The position numbers were made by a program, and so were the translations under genes. Under the pieces are notes generated by a model. That model worked only from the letters and a program-made list of their open reading frames with translations, was not told the DNA's origin and did no database searches. DNA of 64,000 bases from Prorocentrum cordatum (taxonomy: Eukaryota), in assembly GCA_963575745.1 (NCBI GenBank), contig CAUYUJ010000145.1, forward strand, positions 1 through 64,000, given 5' to 3'. Below are positions 38,051 to 51,003 of this stretch, in pieces; position 1 is the stretch's first letter; each line of letters begins with the position of its first letter.

Positions 38051-38634
38051 CGTCTCTCGTCGCCTCTGGATCGGCGGTGGCCAGAAGGTGCCACTGGCCC
38101 AAGGTGCCCCCAGCTTTCCGCTCCAACCGTGGAGACCCCCTGCGGCCCCCCCTGGGTGTCGTGGGGGGTGCTCCTTGGCGGCCGCGGGGGCCTCCTCGGG
38201 CATCCTGGGGGCACCCTGGGCCAGGGGCACTCCTGGCAACACCCGACTGGAGCGAGTCGCTGTTGGTAGCCCCAGGGTCCTATATAACACCGCCCCCAGA
38301 AGCCGACAGTTTGCGCACGAAGGCCGCCTCGAGCAGGGCTGAACCTACACGGTGTTTTTCGTTTTCGTTTTGTTCTCGTTTTCCCTCGTGTTGTCTTCAA
38401 CCCGCCTGTACCGCAAAACGTAATCAAACCGAAAACGGCCCACGAAATCGCCCAAACTCCGTTTAGGTCCAGCCCTGGCCGACAATTTGCGCAGGAAGGC
38501 CGCCTCGAGGTCTGTCAAGACGCCGGAGATCTCGGGTCGTCGGTCCTCGGTGCCTCCAGGCCCACCCTGGCCACTCTTCGGGCGGCGTCAAGCCGTGGCG
38601 ATGGAAACCCCCAGGGAATCCCGAAACCCTCCGA

Positions 38635-38682
<48 letters not shown>

Positions 38683-38971
38683 CTCCTCTGGGGAGGGGCG
38701 ACGAAGGGGGGGCCAGCTCCAGGCGACGGGCCCCCGATGGCGAGTCCGGCCAGTCCTGGGTCCTGGGCGGGGGGGGGCTGTCGGGCCCCGCGCCGGCGAA
38801 CTCTTGGGGGACGGGTGGTCGGCGCCTCCCCCCGCCCCCCCGAGCCCGTCGGCACGAGGCGCACGGGGGGCGCGGGGGCGACGGGAAGCACAGAGGGAGG
38901 GCAGACAGGACGACGGGCCCTTCGCTCACAGGTGGGCCTGTTGGAGGCGCCCTCCTTTCACAGGGGGGCCC

Positions 38972-39003
<32 letters not shown>

Positions 39004-39592
39004 CACATCTCGCCCGTCGTGCACAGAGGGGCCAACTTGTCACCTGAACTCGGCGTTTTGGATTCGCCTTCCCCCTCTTGATCTCGGGCCATAGCTCGGC
39101 TCTCTGGCAGCGCACGGGGCGATCCGGGCCCTCCCAGAAAAAAAACGCCCTGGGCGCGGCGCGGCACCTGCCTGGAGGGCACCCCCGGGGCTGGCGGAGC
39201 CGAGGAGAGAGTCGACGAGAATGCACCCCCACGACTTTCCCCCCTGACATTGTCCCTGAGCCCCTCCTCATCCGCCTCCTCCTCCTTCTCCTCCTCCTCC
39301 TCCTCCTCCTCCTCCTCCTCCTCCTCCTCTCCTCCTCTCCTCCCTCCTCCTTCTCCTCCTCCTCCTCCTCTCTCTCCCTGCTCCTGCTCCTGCTCCTGCT
39401 CCTCCTCTGCTCCTGCTCCTCCTCCTCCTCCCTCCTCCTCCTCCTCCCCTCCTCCTCCTCCTCCCTCCTCCTCCTCCCCCGTTTCCTTCTCCTCCTCCTC
39501 CTCGTCCTCCTCGTCCTCCTCGTCCTCCTCGTCGTCGTCGTCCTCCTCCTCCTCCTCCACCTGCCCCTTGCCCCCCCTCGCTCGGTGCTGTC

Positions 39593-39637
39593 CTGCTGCT
39601 CACCCAGCTCGCCCCCGTACAGCACGGCCGCCACGTC
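39593..39637 (-). CDS. USP micro-exon (45 nt)
   Basis: DVAAVLYGGELGEQQ joins DSDELL to give GEQQDSDE. Confidence 0.78.
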
Positions 39638-40814
39638 CTCGCGCTGGCGACAGCCGAAGGCCCCCCCTGGGCCGCTGAGGGGCTTCGGAACGCAGCAAGC
39701 TGCGCGAAGCCGACTTGCGGTCCTCGTGTTACCATGAGAAGCACCGAAGAAGCAACGAACGGAGCTTTTGTGGCGACGGCGAGCCTTGAACAAGGGCAGG
39801 TTTTCCGACCGAGATTGGAAGGAGCGGCCCGACAACCATAGCCCCTCCTGATCCCCTAAGTGGTCCTTACTTTAGCGTCTTCCCGCATTCATCCTCATTC
39901 ATCATCCCCACCCCAGTCCCATCTCGTCCTGGCTCCTCCACCCCTCCCCACCTCCTCCTCTCCCTATCCCCCCCTCCGCGATTGCACAGTATGAATATTA
40001 CTCTCCTCTCTCCCCTGGTGACGTCCGGGAAATGTTCGGCCCCCCTCCACGCACTTGTTTTTTTATTACACACAAGACTCCTGGTAGTTGGGTTTTCGCT
40101 TGGGCTCTTGTTCGAAATGCGACTCTCGCTGAAGCGCTGGCCTCATTTTCGGGCTACCGCTCGTTCCGAATCGTGCTTCCGCTGCAGCGCTGGCCTCATT
40201 TCCGCGCTTCCGCTGATTCCGAATCGTGCTCCCGCTGCAGCGCTGGCGTCATTATTTCCAGCGCCATGCCACGGCATGGTTTTCGGTCCTGCCAAATATG
40301 CCACCTTCGGTGTCGATTCGTTGATTTGTTGGGCTATGCTATGTAAGACTACGCGTTGATATTCAACACCATGCTATGCCATATAATGCTACGCCCTGCT
40401 ACGACATCCGACTGTGCGAATAAAGACGAGATCTACGCCATGGTGAGGGATGGGAGGGAGGGGCAGGACGTCAGATACGACGCGAGCGCACCTAGCTTGT
40501 CCCCCCCCCCCTCCACCTCCCTCCTCCTCCCTCCTCCCTCCTGCCTCCTCCCTCCGCCCTCCGCCCTCCTCCTTCCTCCCTCCTCCCGCCTCCTCGCTCT
40601 CCTGCCTCCTCCTCCTACTCCTCCTACTCCTCCTCCTCGGGATCCTCCTCCTCCTCCTCGGGATCCTCCTCCTCCTCCTCCTCCTCCTCCTCCTCCTCCT
40701 CCTCCTCGAGATCCTCCTCCCTCCTCCCTCCTCCTCGCTCTCCCCCCCACGGCCGCCCCGGCCCATGCCGCCGCCACCCCCCCGCCCGTGGCCGCCCCCC
40801 CCCAAGCCGCCGTC

Positions 40815-40887
40815 CCGCACGGAGGCGGACTTCCGCCCCGGCTCGGACATCTGCGCGAAGAGGGCGCGCAGGCGGGCGACCAGCTGC
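40815..40887 (-). CDS. USP exon
   Basis: (R)QLVARLRALFAQMSEPGRKSASVR fits the LxxLFxxM helix. Phases match both neighbouring exons. Confidence 0.75.
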
Positions 40888-41494
40888 CTGCGGCGCCCGC
40901 ACCCCCCGCCCTCGAGGCGCCGCCGCCGGCTCGGCGACGGGCACTGCTCGGGGCCTCCAGCCCGACCCTGGCCCCAGGGGGGGGGACACCATCCACCCAG
41001 CGGCAGGAGAGACGGCCCCCGGGATGTGGTGTTCCTCCCCCCTCCTCCTCCTCCTCCTCCTGCTCCTCCTCCTCCTCCTCCTCCTCCTCCTCCCTCCTCC
41101 TCCTCCTCCTCCTCCTCCTCCTCTGCTCCTCCACCTCCTCTCCTCCTCCTCCTCCTCCTCCTCCTCCTCCTCCTCCTCCTCCTCCTCCTCCTCCTCCTCC
41201 CTCCTCCTCCTCCTTTTTCCTCCTCCTGCTCCTGGTCCTGTCCCTCCTCCTCCTCCTCCTCCTCCTCCTCCTCCTCCTCCTCCTCCTCCTCCTGCTCCTC
41301 CCTCCCTCTCCTCCCTCCCTCCCGCCCTCCTCCCTCCTCTCCTCCTCCTCCTCCCTCCTCCTCCTCCTCCTCCTCCTCCTCCTCCTCCTCCTCCTCCTCC
41401 TCCTCCTCTCCTCCTCTGCTCCTCCTCCTCCTGTTCCTCCTCCTCGTCCTCCTCCACCTCCTCCTCCTCCTCCTGCGCCTGCACCTCCTCCTCT

Positions 41495-41528
<34 letters not shown>

Positions 41529-42395
41529 CCTCCTCCTCTCCTCCTCCTCCTCCTCCTCTTCCTCCTCCTCCTCCTCCTGCTCCTCCTCCTCCTCCTCCTC
41601 CTCCTCGCTAGCTATGAGGCAGAAAGGTGCCACCTCATTCGACATGCACAGAGCGGGAAAAGCCCAGGACGAGGGGGGCGTCGGGCGCCGCCAAAAACAG
41701 GCGCAGGGCCGTCATGGCCCGTCGGGGAGAAGCTCATCCTCCTCCACGTTTCCTCCTCCTCCTCCTCCTCCTCCTCCTCCTCCTCCTCCTCCTCCTCCTC
41801 CTCCTCCTCCTCCATCTCCACCTCCTCCTCCTTCTTCTCCTCCTCCGCCTCCTCCTCCTCGTCCTCCTCCTCCTCATCCCCATCATCCTCCTCCTCCTCC
41901 CCCTGCTCCTCCTCCCCCTCCTCCTTCGCCTGCTGCTCCTCCTCCTGGTCCGAGCCGAGGTGTGTTGCTGGAGGGCGGTCGAGGTTGAGTGCTTGGGCTC
42001 CTTTGGTGTCAGAAGCTGGGGCCGATGCTCCCTCGGCAGGATTTGCTATTCGAAGAAGCGTGCCTCGAGGTGGATCGGGCAGCCTCGAGAGGTCGGGCCA
42101 GGGCGAGGACGTCAGGGCCCAGGGTCGACTCAGCGCATCGTCCCCTGCCCCCATCCCTCTGCTCTCAACGGGCCACAGGCCCTCGTCCCATGGGTCGCGC
42201 TGAGCCGCGGGAGGGGTGAAGGGGCAATCTCGACGGCGCGCTGGCTCAGTCCCCTCCATTCTCCCTCCCCTCCTCCCCTGCTGATGCCGGTGCGCTGCTC
42301 CCCCCCCTCCCTCTCCGCAGCCGCTCTCTCTACAGTCTCCCGCATCCCCTCCGGACGCCCAGAAGCCAGCGTGGTCCGCCTCGGATTAGATCGCC

Positions 42396-44105
42396 ATGGC
42401 CGGGGAGCAGCTGAAGCAGGAAGATGTTCTCAAGTACTGGATGGACCACAAGCCGTCCCTGAAGGCAACCCTCCGGGCAGCGGCGACCAGTGAGTCCAAA
42501 CACCCAGGCGCGTGCTGCTCGAAGACCCTGTACGGGCGGGCCGTAAAGCGCCAGTGGGAACTCATGAACCCCGAGCAGCAGGAGTCCTGGCGAGCCGCGG
42601 CGGCCGCTGGGGGCCCCCCCCCGTCGCAGCCCGCCCTCGCGTTCCCGGTCTGCCAGGGCGGCTCGCCCCCGGAAGGCCAGGGAGGTGCGGAGTCCCGGAG
42701 CGCCGCTCCAGCGCCGGAGGCCAGGGACCAGGCGGGCGCTTGCCCTGGGGCCGGCCAGAGCCAGGACTCGAGCTCTTTCCCGTCGTGGTGCGCCTGGTGC
42801 GGCAGGGCCCCCCTGTCTCCCTTCCAGCTCAAAGAGGGGCAGGGCCCCTTCCAGCACAAGTTCTTCTGCGGCGGGTGTTGGGACGCCTGGGAAGCGGAGC
42901 CAGCAACGCCCCCAGGGTGTCCCCCCGACCTGGGCCAGGAACAGGCGCCCCAGCAGCACGCGGAGGCCCCGGAGTCGGCTGTTCTGCCCGAGGGGGCTGC
43001 GGCCCAGGAGCAGGAGGCCAAAGGGCAGGCCACCACCGGCGGCGGAGGGCCTCAGCCCGCGCGCGGCGCCCTAGCGGCACAGACCGGTCCTGGGACGCAG
43101 GAGGCCGTGGGGCTCCCAACCTCCGGAGCAGGGTGGGCGCCCGAGCAAGGTCTCCTGCATGTGCAGTGCGTGGAGTGCGGCGTTGTGGGCGGTCCGGTCA
43201 AGGCGGGCTACTGCGAGTACTGCTGGACCACCTGGGAAGCAACGAACACTTCTCTGGCCGCCGGCGCCGCGCAGCAGTTCACGGGAGCAGCAGGGCACTC
43301 CGAGCCAGGTCAGCAGCCCCCAGCCAAGCGGGCCAAGTTCACGGGGCTGGAGCCGGACCCCTGGACAGGCCGTGGCGTCGGCGGGGCTGAGCCCGGGCAG
43401 GGTTCGGGTGACACGGCGGCCCTTGCCTGCATGGGATGTGGGCAGCTTGTGTACGCTCTTGTGGCAACCAAAGGGCCTTCGGGGTTGCGGCTCCTGTGCG
43501 GGGCCTGCGGGCCAGCAGCCAGCCCTGCCGCCGGTAACGGGGCGCCCCCCTCGCACGCTCTGCCCCCAGCGGGTCGGGGGGGTGACGCCCAGGGCTGGGG
43601 CGCCCCGCCAGCAACCGCCGCTCCGAAGCCAAGGGCCTGCGACCCGCTCTTCCCGGAGTTCGGGCGCGTCCAGGGCCCGCCGGCTGCAGAGGCAGACAAG
43701 CACAACGTGGACAGGTGGGTACGGAGGCTCCCAGACGGGAGCCTCCCGACGGACCGGATCGTGCTGTACTGGGCCTACACTCACCCGGTGAGCGGCCCCC
43801 TCATGGCCACTGGCAAGTGGTGCCACGTCCCCAAGCGGGATCCCGTGCCGAAGGGCGTGCTCCTGCAGTTCGGGCACAAAAAGGGAGCAGCCCATGTCTG
43901 GCTCCGCAAAGGAGGCCACGTGCACGTGTCTGCCAGCAAGAAGAACGGCGTCCAGGAGGCGATCTTGGCCAAGCTCGAGGCCTGGACCGAGCCCTGGAAC
44001 AATGGCACCCCGCCAGCCCCCCAGCGGATTGGCGGCCCGCAGGCGCTCCCGCCTCTGCCGCCCCTGCCGCCAGCAGCATGGTCGCCGCCCCCGGCGTCCG
44101 ATTGA
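42396..44105 (+). CDS. 569-aa protein with an HMG-box-like N-terminus and three CxxC...CxxC modules; probable LINE ORF1
   Basis: Long non-repetitive intronless ORF. AVKRQWELMNPEQQESWR; CAWC..CGGC, CVEC..CEYC, CMGC..CGAC. It precedes ORF2 on the same strand. Confidence 0.6.
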   Translation: MAGEQLKQEDVLKYWMDHKPSLKATLRAAATSESKHPGACCSKTLYGRAVKRQWELMNPEQQESWRAAAAAGGPPPSQPALAFPVCQGGSPPEGQGGAESRSAAPAPEARDQAGACPGAGQSQDSSSFPSWCAWCGRAPLSPFQLKEGQGPFQHKFFCGGCWDAWEAEPATPPGCPPDLGQEQAPQQHAEAPESAVLPEGAAAQEQEAKGQATTGGGGPQPARGALAAQTGPGTQEAVGLPTSGAGWAPEQGLLHVQCVECGVVGGPVKAGYCEYCWTTWEATNTSLAAGAAQQFTGAAGHSEPGQQPPAKRAKFTGLEPDPWTGRGVGGAEPGQGSGDTAALACMGCGQLVYALVATKGPSGLRLLCGACGPAASPAAGNGAPPSHALPPAGRGGDAQGWGAPPATAAPKPRACDPLFPEFGRVQGPPAAEADKHNVDRWVRRLPDGSLPTDRIVLYWAYTHPVSGPLMATGKWCHVPKRDPVPKGVLLQFGHKKGAAHVWLRKGGHVHVSASKKNGVQEAILAKLEAWTEPWNNGTPPAPQRIGGPQALPPLPPLPPAAWSPPPASD

Positions 44106-44858
44106 CCAGGCAGCCTAGCCTCGCGGTAAGACTTCTCGGGGGAGCCTCTACCCCTTGCGCTCTTTTTTCTCCTCCGCCCCCCTCCCTCTTCCACGCTCTA
44201 GGTAGGGCCCCCGTGCGCCCGGGGAGCGGCAGGCAGATGCTGTGCAGCCTCTGTAGAGGAACCGAATCAGAACCCTTTTGTTTCAAGTCCGCACAGGTAG
44301 TTTTGATGTTTCCTGCGTCTCCTCCTCCTCCTCCTCCTCCTTTTCCTCCTTCTCCCCCCTCCAGCCTTCTGCCCAGCAGGCAGTGCATCTCCTGTGAGGA
44401 TTGTGTGACGGACAGCGCATCAGTTGCAAAACAGAGCATAGGTAGAAAAAAAGGGGTGGAGGGGGTGGGTGGTGGGGGGGTTCTGTCTCTCCGCGCCGTC
44501 GGCCTCAGGAGGCCGTTTTTCGGGCCCCGGGGGGTCGCCTCGTCCCCTCTCCCTCCCGTCCTCCCGCTCCGCAGGGCCGGGCCGGGCGGGTCGGGTCTGC
44601 CGGGGCCAGGCCGCCCTCCCCTCCTCCTCCTCCTCCTCCTCCTCCTCCTCCTCCTCCTCCTCCTCCTCCTCCTCCTCCTCCTCCTCCTCCTCCTCCTCCT
44701 CCTCCTCCTCCTCCTCCTCCTCCTCCTCCTCCTCCTCCTCCTCCTCCTCCTCGGTCCCTTCCCAGCCTTCGCTCTTCCCTCCCTGTCGTCGTGCCGCTGC
44801 CGCCGCTTTCGCTGCCGTCGGCCGCCGCGTGTCGTCGTCGTCGTCGTCGTCGTCGTCG

Positions 44859-44901
<43 letters not shown>

Positions 44902-45104
44902 GCGTCGGCGTCGTCGTCGTCGTCGTCGTCGTCGGGGTCGCCGCCGCTGCCGCTGGTGGCCTCCGCGTGGCCTCGTGCCGCCGCGTGGGGGAGAGCTGGC
45001 AAGCTGGCCCAGGAGCGTGCTCCTTGGGAGAGTGCGAAGCCCAGCCCTCGGAGGCATGCCGGCCGCGGCAGCCCCTCCGAGGCCAGTTGGGGTGCCCTCT
45101 CCCC

Positions 45105-45158
<54 letters not shown>

Positions 45159-45159
45159 C

Positions 45160-45280
<121 letters not shown>

Positions 45281-45705
45281 GGGTCGCCGCTGCCGCCGCA
45301 GGGGGCTGCCGCGTGCCCTCGTGCCGCCGCGTGAGGGAGAGCTGGCAAGCAGGCCCTGGAGCGCGCATCGGGGCGCCGAGGCCGCTGCCATCGGCCGCCG
45401 GGAGTCCTCGAGTCGCCGTGGGGGCAGGCCGTTGGGGGTCCTGGAGGTCCTTTCGAGCCTTCGGAGGCCCTGGGTGTTCCGTCGGGGGTCCTGATCGCGT
45501 CCCCGTTCCTCGGCTCTTGGGGTTTCCCTTGTCGCCGTCTCCGGTGGCAGCTCTGAAAACTTGTGCCTTCGGTCCTGGGGGTCTCTGCCCTTCCCCTTTC
45601 CCGCCTCCCTCCTTGCCCTCGTGTGCTGGCTTCTCTTCCTCCCTCCTCCCCGGCTCTAGTGAGAGGAGTGGCCAAGGGCTACATCTCAGCGTCCCTGGGG
45701 CAGCC

Positions 45706-48700
45706 ATGGACAGCCTGCTGGGTGCTATCTGGGACGCTTTCCCGCATGAAAGGGGCTTCGGGCCTCAAGGAGACCAGGCGGCGGACGCTCTACTGCAGTT
45801 CAGGTGGCAGCAACTCCAGGAGGAGGCGCACAGGCTTATGTCCATGGCTAGGCGTGGGGAGTGCCCCCCGTTTTCTCAGTCCCTCTCCGAGCTGCTTGCG
45901 TCCCTGAGGTGGGCGTTGGGGGTCCAGGTCCTCGGTTCACCCAGCGACAGAGCCTCGCCCGTGCTGGAGGGGGTGGGAGCGAGCACCCCCTCAGAAGTGA
46001 GGATTGGCGTAGGTTCGCCGAGTACCTTGGGATGCCTCTCCATTGATGGCTCCAGGGTGCGATGGGGTGTTTTCACAGATCGCAAAGCAGGCATCTTGGA
46101 AGCGTTCAGCCGGCTCAATCTCGTCGTGTTGGGGCTGCCAGGCGCACGCCTCACTGAAGGGGTCGTCATCCCGGGGCATGCCGACATAGGCATAGAGGCG
46201 CAGGGCGGCCCCTCCTACGCCAGTGTCGCTGTCATTTGGGACAAGGTCCGGCTCCCTTCGGCCAGCAAGGTAGCAAAGGTAGGTTCCAATCGTCGGCTGT
46301 GGCTGAGTACTCTCGATGCGCATGGGCTCTCGTGGTATTTCTGCACGGTCTACCTTCCACCTGCGCCCAAAAGGGGTCCAGACCATGAGTGGTTTCTCGA
46401 AGTAGACGGGCTTCACGAGGACGTGGAGGCACTTCTGGGGCCAGCACCTCTTCCAGACAGCGCTCGTGTGGTTGTCATGGGGGACATCAACATGCAGCCG
46501 GAGGAGATTCACGGGGCTCGGGAGCCATCGCGAGCCCGTGCAATCCGCTGGTCACGTTTTGTCGCCACGTGGGGCTTCTCACTCATCAACCCTCCGTCCG
46601 GCCAGGGGCCTGCCTCCAAAGTGTGTCTGCCCCTCCGGGGCCGGAGCCTCGACCTCAGACCAGGGGGCACCCATCACGGTGGGAACAGCGCGCGATGCAT
46701 CGATGTAGTGATTGTTTCCCGGGCGGCCCACGGTGTAGCTCGAGTGCACAACGGACTATCCTGTCGAGGGGAGGGGGGGTGCAGCTGGGAAGAATGCGTG
46801 GAGTACACGTACGGGGACCATTTCCTCATCGACTTCACTGTCCCCCTTCCTCTTCCGCCGGTGTGCGACGGTCCAGGGGCCCCATTCGCATGCCGCGGTG
46901 GTGGAACTCTGAGGCTGCATGGGCCGAGGGGCTCGCCGTGGCCCGCCCAGTCCTGCAAGCGCATGCGGGCATTCTGCGGCATTACTGCGAGGATGAAGAG
47001 GGCAGCTCCCATACGAGGAAACTAGGTCTGAGAGCGGCGCAGTGGTTGGCGGACGTGGCCGCCTGGCTGCTGCATCTCATTCTGGGTCTCGTCCTGGCGG
47101 GTTGGGTGGTGCCTCAGGCGGCTGCCTGCCCCCGTAGGCGCACTGGGACCCCAGCCCTGCGGGGCAAGGTGCGGTCGGCCATCGAAGGGCCGGGCACAGC
47201 TCAGGAACGTGCAGTAAAATGCATGCGGCTCCTACGCCCGAGGGAGCCCAGGCCAGCACCCCGTCTGAGGGGACATGCTGGGGAGACCCTGTCTCTAGAA
47301 GCCTCGCGGGAGTCCTTGTGCCAACAGTTACGGGACCAGTCACAGTGGCCAGGTCCGTGGGACCTGGACTTCCATGCACATGTGCAGGGCACTCTGCCCG
47401 GGGTTCAAGGCCAAGCACGTGCCTACCGTGGGCGCGGGTCGCACGATGCCCCGGTAGAGCTGTGGGAAGTCGAAGTTTCTCGGTCCACCATGGGCAGCAC
47501 AGGGGCCACGACGCCAGACCTGGTGCCGCGTCGCGCCCTTAAGCTGGGTGACACGGTTCTGCTGACGGCTGTCTGGTCGGCCCTGCGTCTGACGGGCCCC
47601 GGGTGCCTCGCTCTTCGACCAGCGGCCTGGAGGGGCAGCTGCGCCGTCCCTCTGCACAAGGAGGGCCCGCTGGACAAGGGGGCCTCTTTCCGGCTCATCA
47701 TGGTAAAATCACAGATGGGCCTGCTGCAGGAGATGCTGCTCCACCAGAGGCTCGCGCAGCAACTCCGCGCGTCCATTTTCCCAGGCCAAAGCGGCTACGT
47801 GCGAGACGTGGGAGACGCCCACCTTGTCCTCCACGAGCTCGCGGCAGGGGCGAAGGGAGCAGGCCGGCCTCTTTGGGCGGTTTTCGGGGACCTTCAAAAG
47901 GCCTTTCCCCGGACCTGGACGGAGGTGCTCCTCTTACGTCTTCATGAAAAGGCCGGTGTGCGTGGTGGCATCTTCTCGCTTCTGGCGAGCATGCTCGCTT
48001 CGGACACGATCCATGTCAACTTCAACGGAGTCTCCACTGTTTCCATTGACCAAGGGATTGCCGAAGGGGGAACGGTGGGTCCCCTGACCTTTCCTGTATA
48101 CATGGACTCTCTCCCAGAAGCCTTACACAAGGCAGGCTGCGGAATCGGAGTAGGAGTCCGCGTTCCGTGCGCCTGGGTCGGCTGCTCGTGGCGGGGCACA
48201 GGCATGCCCGATCCTGTCCAGACCGCCGAGCTCACCAGAGCACTCCGCGAGGGCACGCAGCTCCCTCGGGCAGCGGATCTAGAAGCCGATCTTACGCTGG
48301 AAGCCTCTGCTCTGGCCGCACTGGATGCCACCGCGCCATTTGGCCTCGCTGCAATTCTACACGCGGACGACCCGGTTCTGCTCTCTTCCACTCGGGGAGG
48401 AGCGCAGCTCGCGCAGAATGCTCTAGCCGAGTGGGCTTTTGCTCACAAAGCCAGTCCGCATACCAAGCCCTCCAAACACGCTGTTGTAGTGCATGGCTCC
48501 CCGGAGTCCCGGAGGGCAGGGGCGGCAGCAGCTCCCCTTGTGCTACCGCTCCGGGGAGGGGCGCCTATTGAACTAGGGCTCAAAGACACACACCAGTGGC
48601 TCGGGCTACTCTGGTCTGGTGACCTCGACTTCTCGAAACTGCTCGATGCAAGGCTGGGCACCGCTTCCGCACAGTGCGCCTCCCTCGCGGGGCATGTTGC

Positions 48701-49664
48701 TGCCGGAGTCCTTCCGCTCGCTGTGGCGGTTCGCATCTTCGAGACCCAGATCGAAGGCGCACTGCGCTTCGGGCGCTGGATGTGGGCAGTTGCGGAGGGG
48801 GCGTCGGACAAGCTTGAACAGAGCTATGGAGCGTGGGCGCGCGCCTTTCTGGGCTGTCCGCCCTGGCGAGGGCAGGCCCTCGCTCCCTTGGAGTTGGGCT
48901 GGGCTCTCTCCGGGCCTGCCAGGGCCGTGTACGAGGTGGCCTCCCGGCGGGCCGGTCTCTGGAGGCTCCCCGACGCAGATCTCTACAAACGGGTTTTCCT
49001 GCAGGCCCACGGGTCAGAGGGCCGCACCTGGGCGCAGCTGTCGCTTGCCCTCCTCGAGGCTTGGTCCATCCCGGATTGGCCTGCTTGGGAGGGCATGTAT
49101 GGAGGGTCGTCCCTGCACGCATACAAGGTCCACGTCCGGGCCCTCCTGAAGGCGCGGTGCGGGGAGGAACTGCGGAGGCAGGCGGGCGTGCTCCAGAGGC
49201 CGCTTCCGGTCCTTGCTCTCGGCCCAGTCCCCAGGACGGACCTGGCCGGGGCCCTCAAGCTAGGGTTCCCTTTCGAAGTGCTACTGGGCCAGCGCTCGCT
49301 CAGCAGGCTTCGGGGGCGGTTGGTCGCCCTAGGGCACTCTTCTGGTTCCCTCTCTTCGGCACGGAGGCAAATGTGTGTGCTCTGCGGGGAGCAGTTTCTG
49401 AGTCCAACCTTCCATGTTCTCGGGAGCTGTGGCAGTACGGAGTTCCCCAGGCGCGCTTTCTGGGAGGCCCGAGGGTGCACAGCTCCCTCCTCCAGAGAGG
49501 CTGCGGCCACGGCGATTCTGTCGGCTGCCCCGGCAGACGCGGGGTACAAGGAGGCGGCGCTGCTTGCGCTCCACGTGGAGAGGGAGGCGGATCGCTTCTG
49601 GGCATCCGCAGGCAACAATTACCTCCCCCCTCCCGCCCTCCCTCCCCTCTGCCCGGGGCACTGA
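45706..49664 (+). CDS. LINE ORF2 (endonuclease-RT-CCHC) with one frameshift near 46880
   Basis: EN motifs TVYLPP, VMGDIN, IDVVIV, GDHFLI. RT motifs QSGY, DLQKAF, GIAEGGTVGPLTF, HADD, WLG. C-terminal CVLC-x9-H-x4-C. Confidence 0.9.
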
Positions 49665-50771
49665 GGGGGTTGTTTCCTGGTCTGCTGCTCGTTTTTGGGG
49701 TCTCTTCGTGGTCACGGCAGGATTCGCCTGGAAATTCTGGTCTGGTGTTGGAGGCTTCGGCTTCGGCATCTTTCGCCCCCCAGTCTCCTGGCAGGCGGGT
49801 CGGGTCGGGCTGGGTCCTCCCCTCCCTGGGGTGGCTTCCTCTCCCTCCTCCTGTCACCGTCCCGTACCTGCGGGGTACGTCGACCAGGCAGCGTGGGGGG
49901 ATCGGACGAGCCCCAGGCAGGTGCTCCCTGCCTGGCCCCCCCCCACATATGGCGGGGAGTCTCTGAGTTGCCTCTTCTGCTTCGCCCTGGCCGGGGTTTC
50001 GGGCGGAGGTCCTTGTTGGAACTGTGGGAACTTTCAAAGGCTTGCACGGTTTTCCAGGGTCGGTTCTGTGCGCCGCCCTCTTGACTCCGCGCAGGTCTTG
50101 GAAAGTGCACAGCTCTTACCAACCCTCCCCTCGACCCCTTCAGAGCTGGCGATCTGTCTTCCAGAGCCGTCGCAGCAAGGTCGCTTCCGAACCCTCCCCG
50201 GGTCGTGGCCCCTTGCTAAAAGGAAGTCTCGTCCGAAGCTTCCGCCGCCAGCTCAAAGGGAGCACACCATCCATCCATCCTCTCAATCCTCCTCCTCCTC
50301 CTCCTCCTCCTCCTCCTCCTTCTCCTGCTGCTCCTCCTCCTCCTCCTGCTCCTCCTCCTCGTCCTCCTCCACCTCCTCCTCCTGCTCCTGCACCTCCTCC
50401 TCCTGCTCCTGCTCCTGCTCCTCCTCCTCCTCCTCCTCCTCCTCCTCTTCCTCCTCCTCCTCCTGCTCCTCCTCCTCCTCCTGCTCCTCCTCCTCCTCCT
50501 CCTCCTCCTCGCTAGCTATGCGGCAGAAAGGTGCCACCTCATTCGACATGCACAGAGCGGGAAAAGCCCAGGACGCGAGGGGGGCGTCGGGCGCCGCCAA
50601 AAACAGGCGCAGGGCCGTCATGGCCCGTCGGGGAGAAGCTCATCCTCCTCCACGTTTCCTCCTCCTCCTCCTCCTCCTCCTCCTCCTCCTCCTCCTCCTC
50701 CATCTCCACCTCCTCCTCCTTCTTCTTCTCCTCCTCCGCCTCCTCCTCCTCGTCCTCCTCCCCATCATCCT

Positions 50772-51003
50772 AGGACAGTTCTGACAGCCCATGAAACAAG
50801 CTCTGGAGCCAGGGACCACGTGCATATGCGACAACCCGCAGCCCAGGCTCCACAATGCGTTTGGAGGACACACCACCCAATCTTTGGTTTAGTGTTCTGA
50901 AAGGCCCGGATCAGTTGCCACCTGAGAGCGAGACCCCTTGGGGTTAGACGGCCTGGAAGCAACTTATTCAACATGATACGCAAGGTGTCGTAGAAGTTAT
51001 CAG
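50772..51003 (-). pseudogene. Fragment of the C-terminus of another LINE ORF2
   Basis: VLQTHCGAW, then after a frameshift MHVVPGSRACFMGC. Resembles the AW..R...CxFGC segment that precedes the zinc knuckle. Confidence 0.45.

Noticed and set aside
46870..46890. Programmed -1 frameshift in LINE ORF2
   Set aside because: No canonical in-frame slippery heptamer. A 1-nt deletion or assembly error in GGGGCCCC is simpler.
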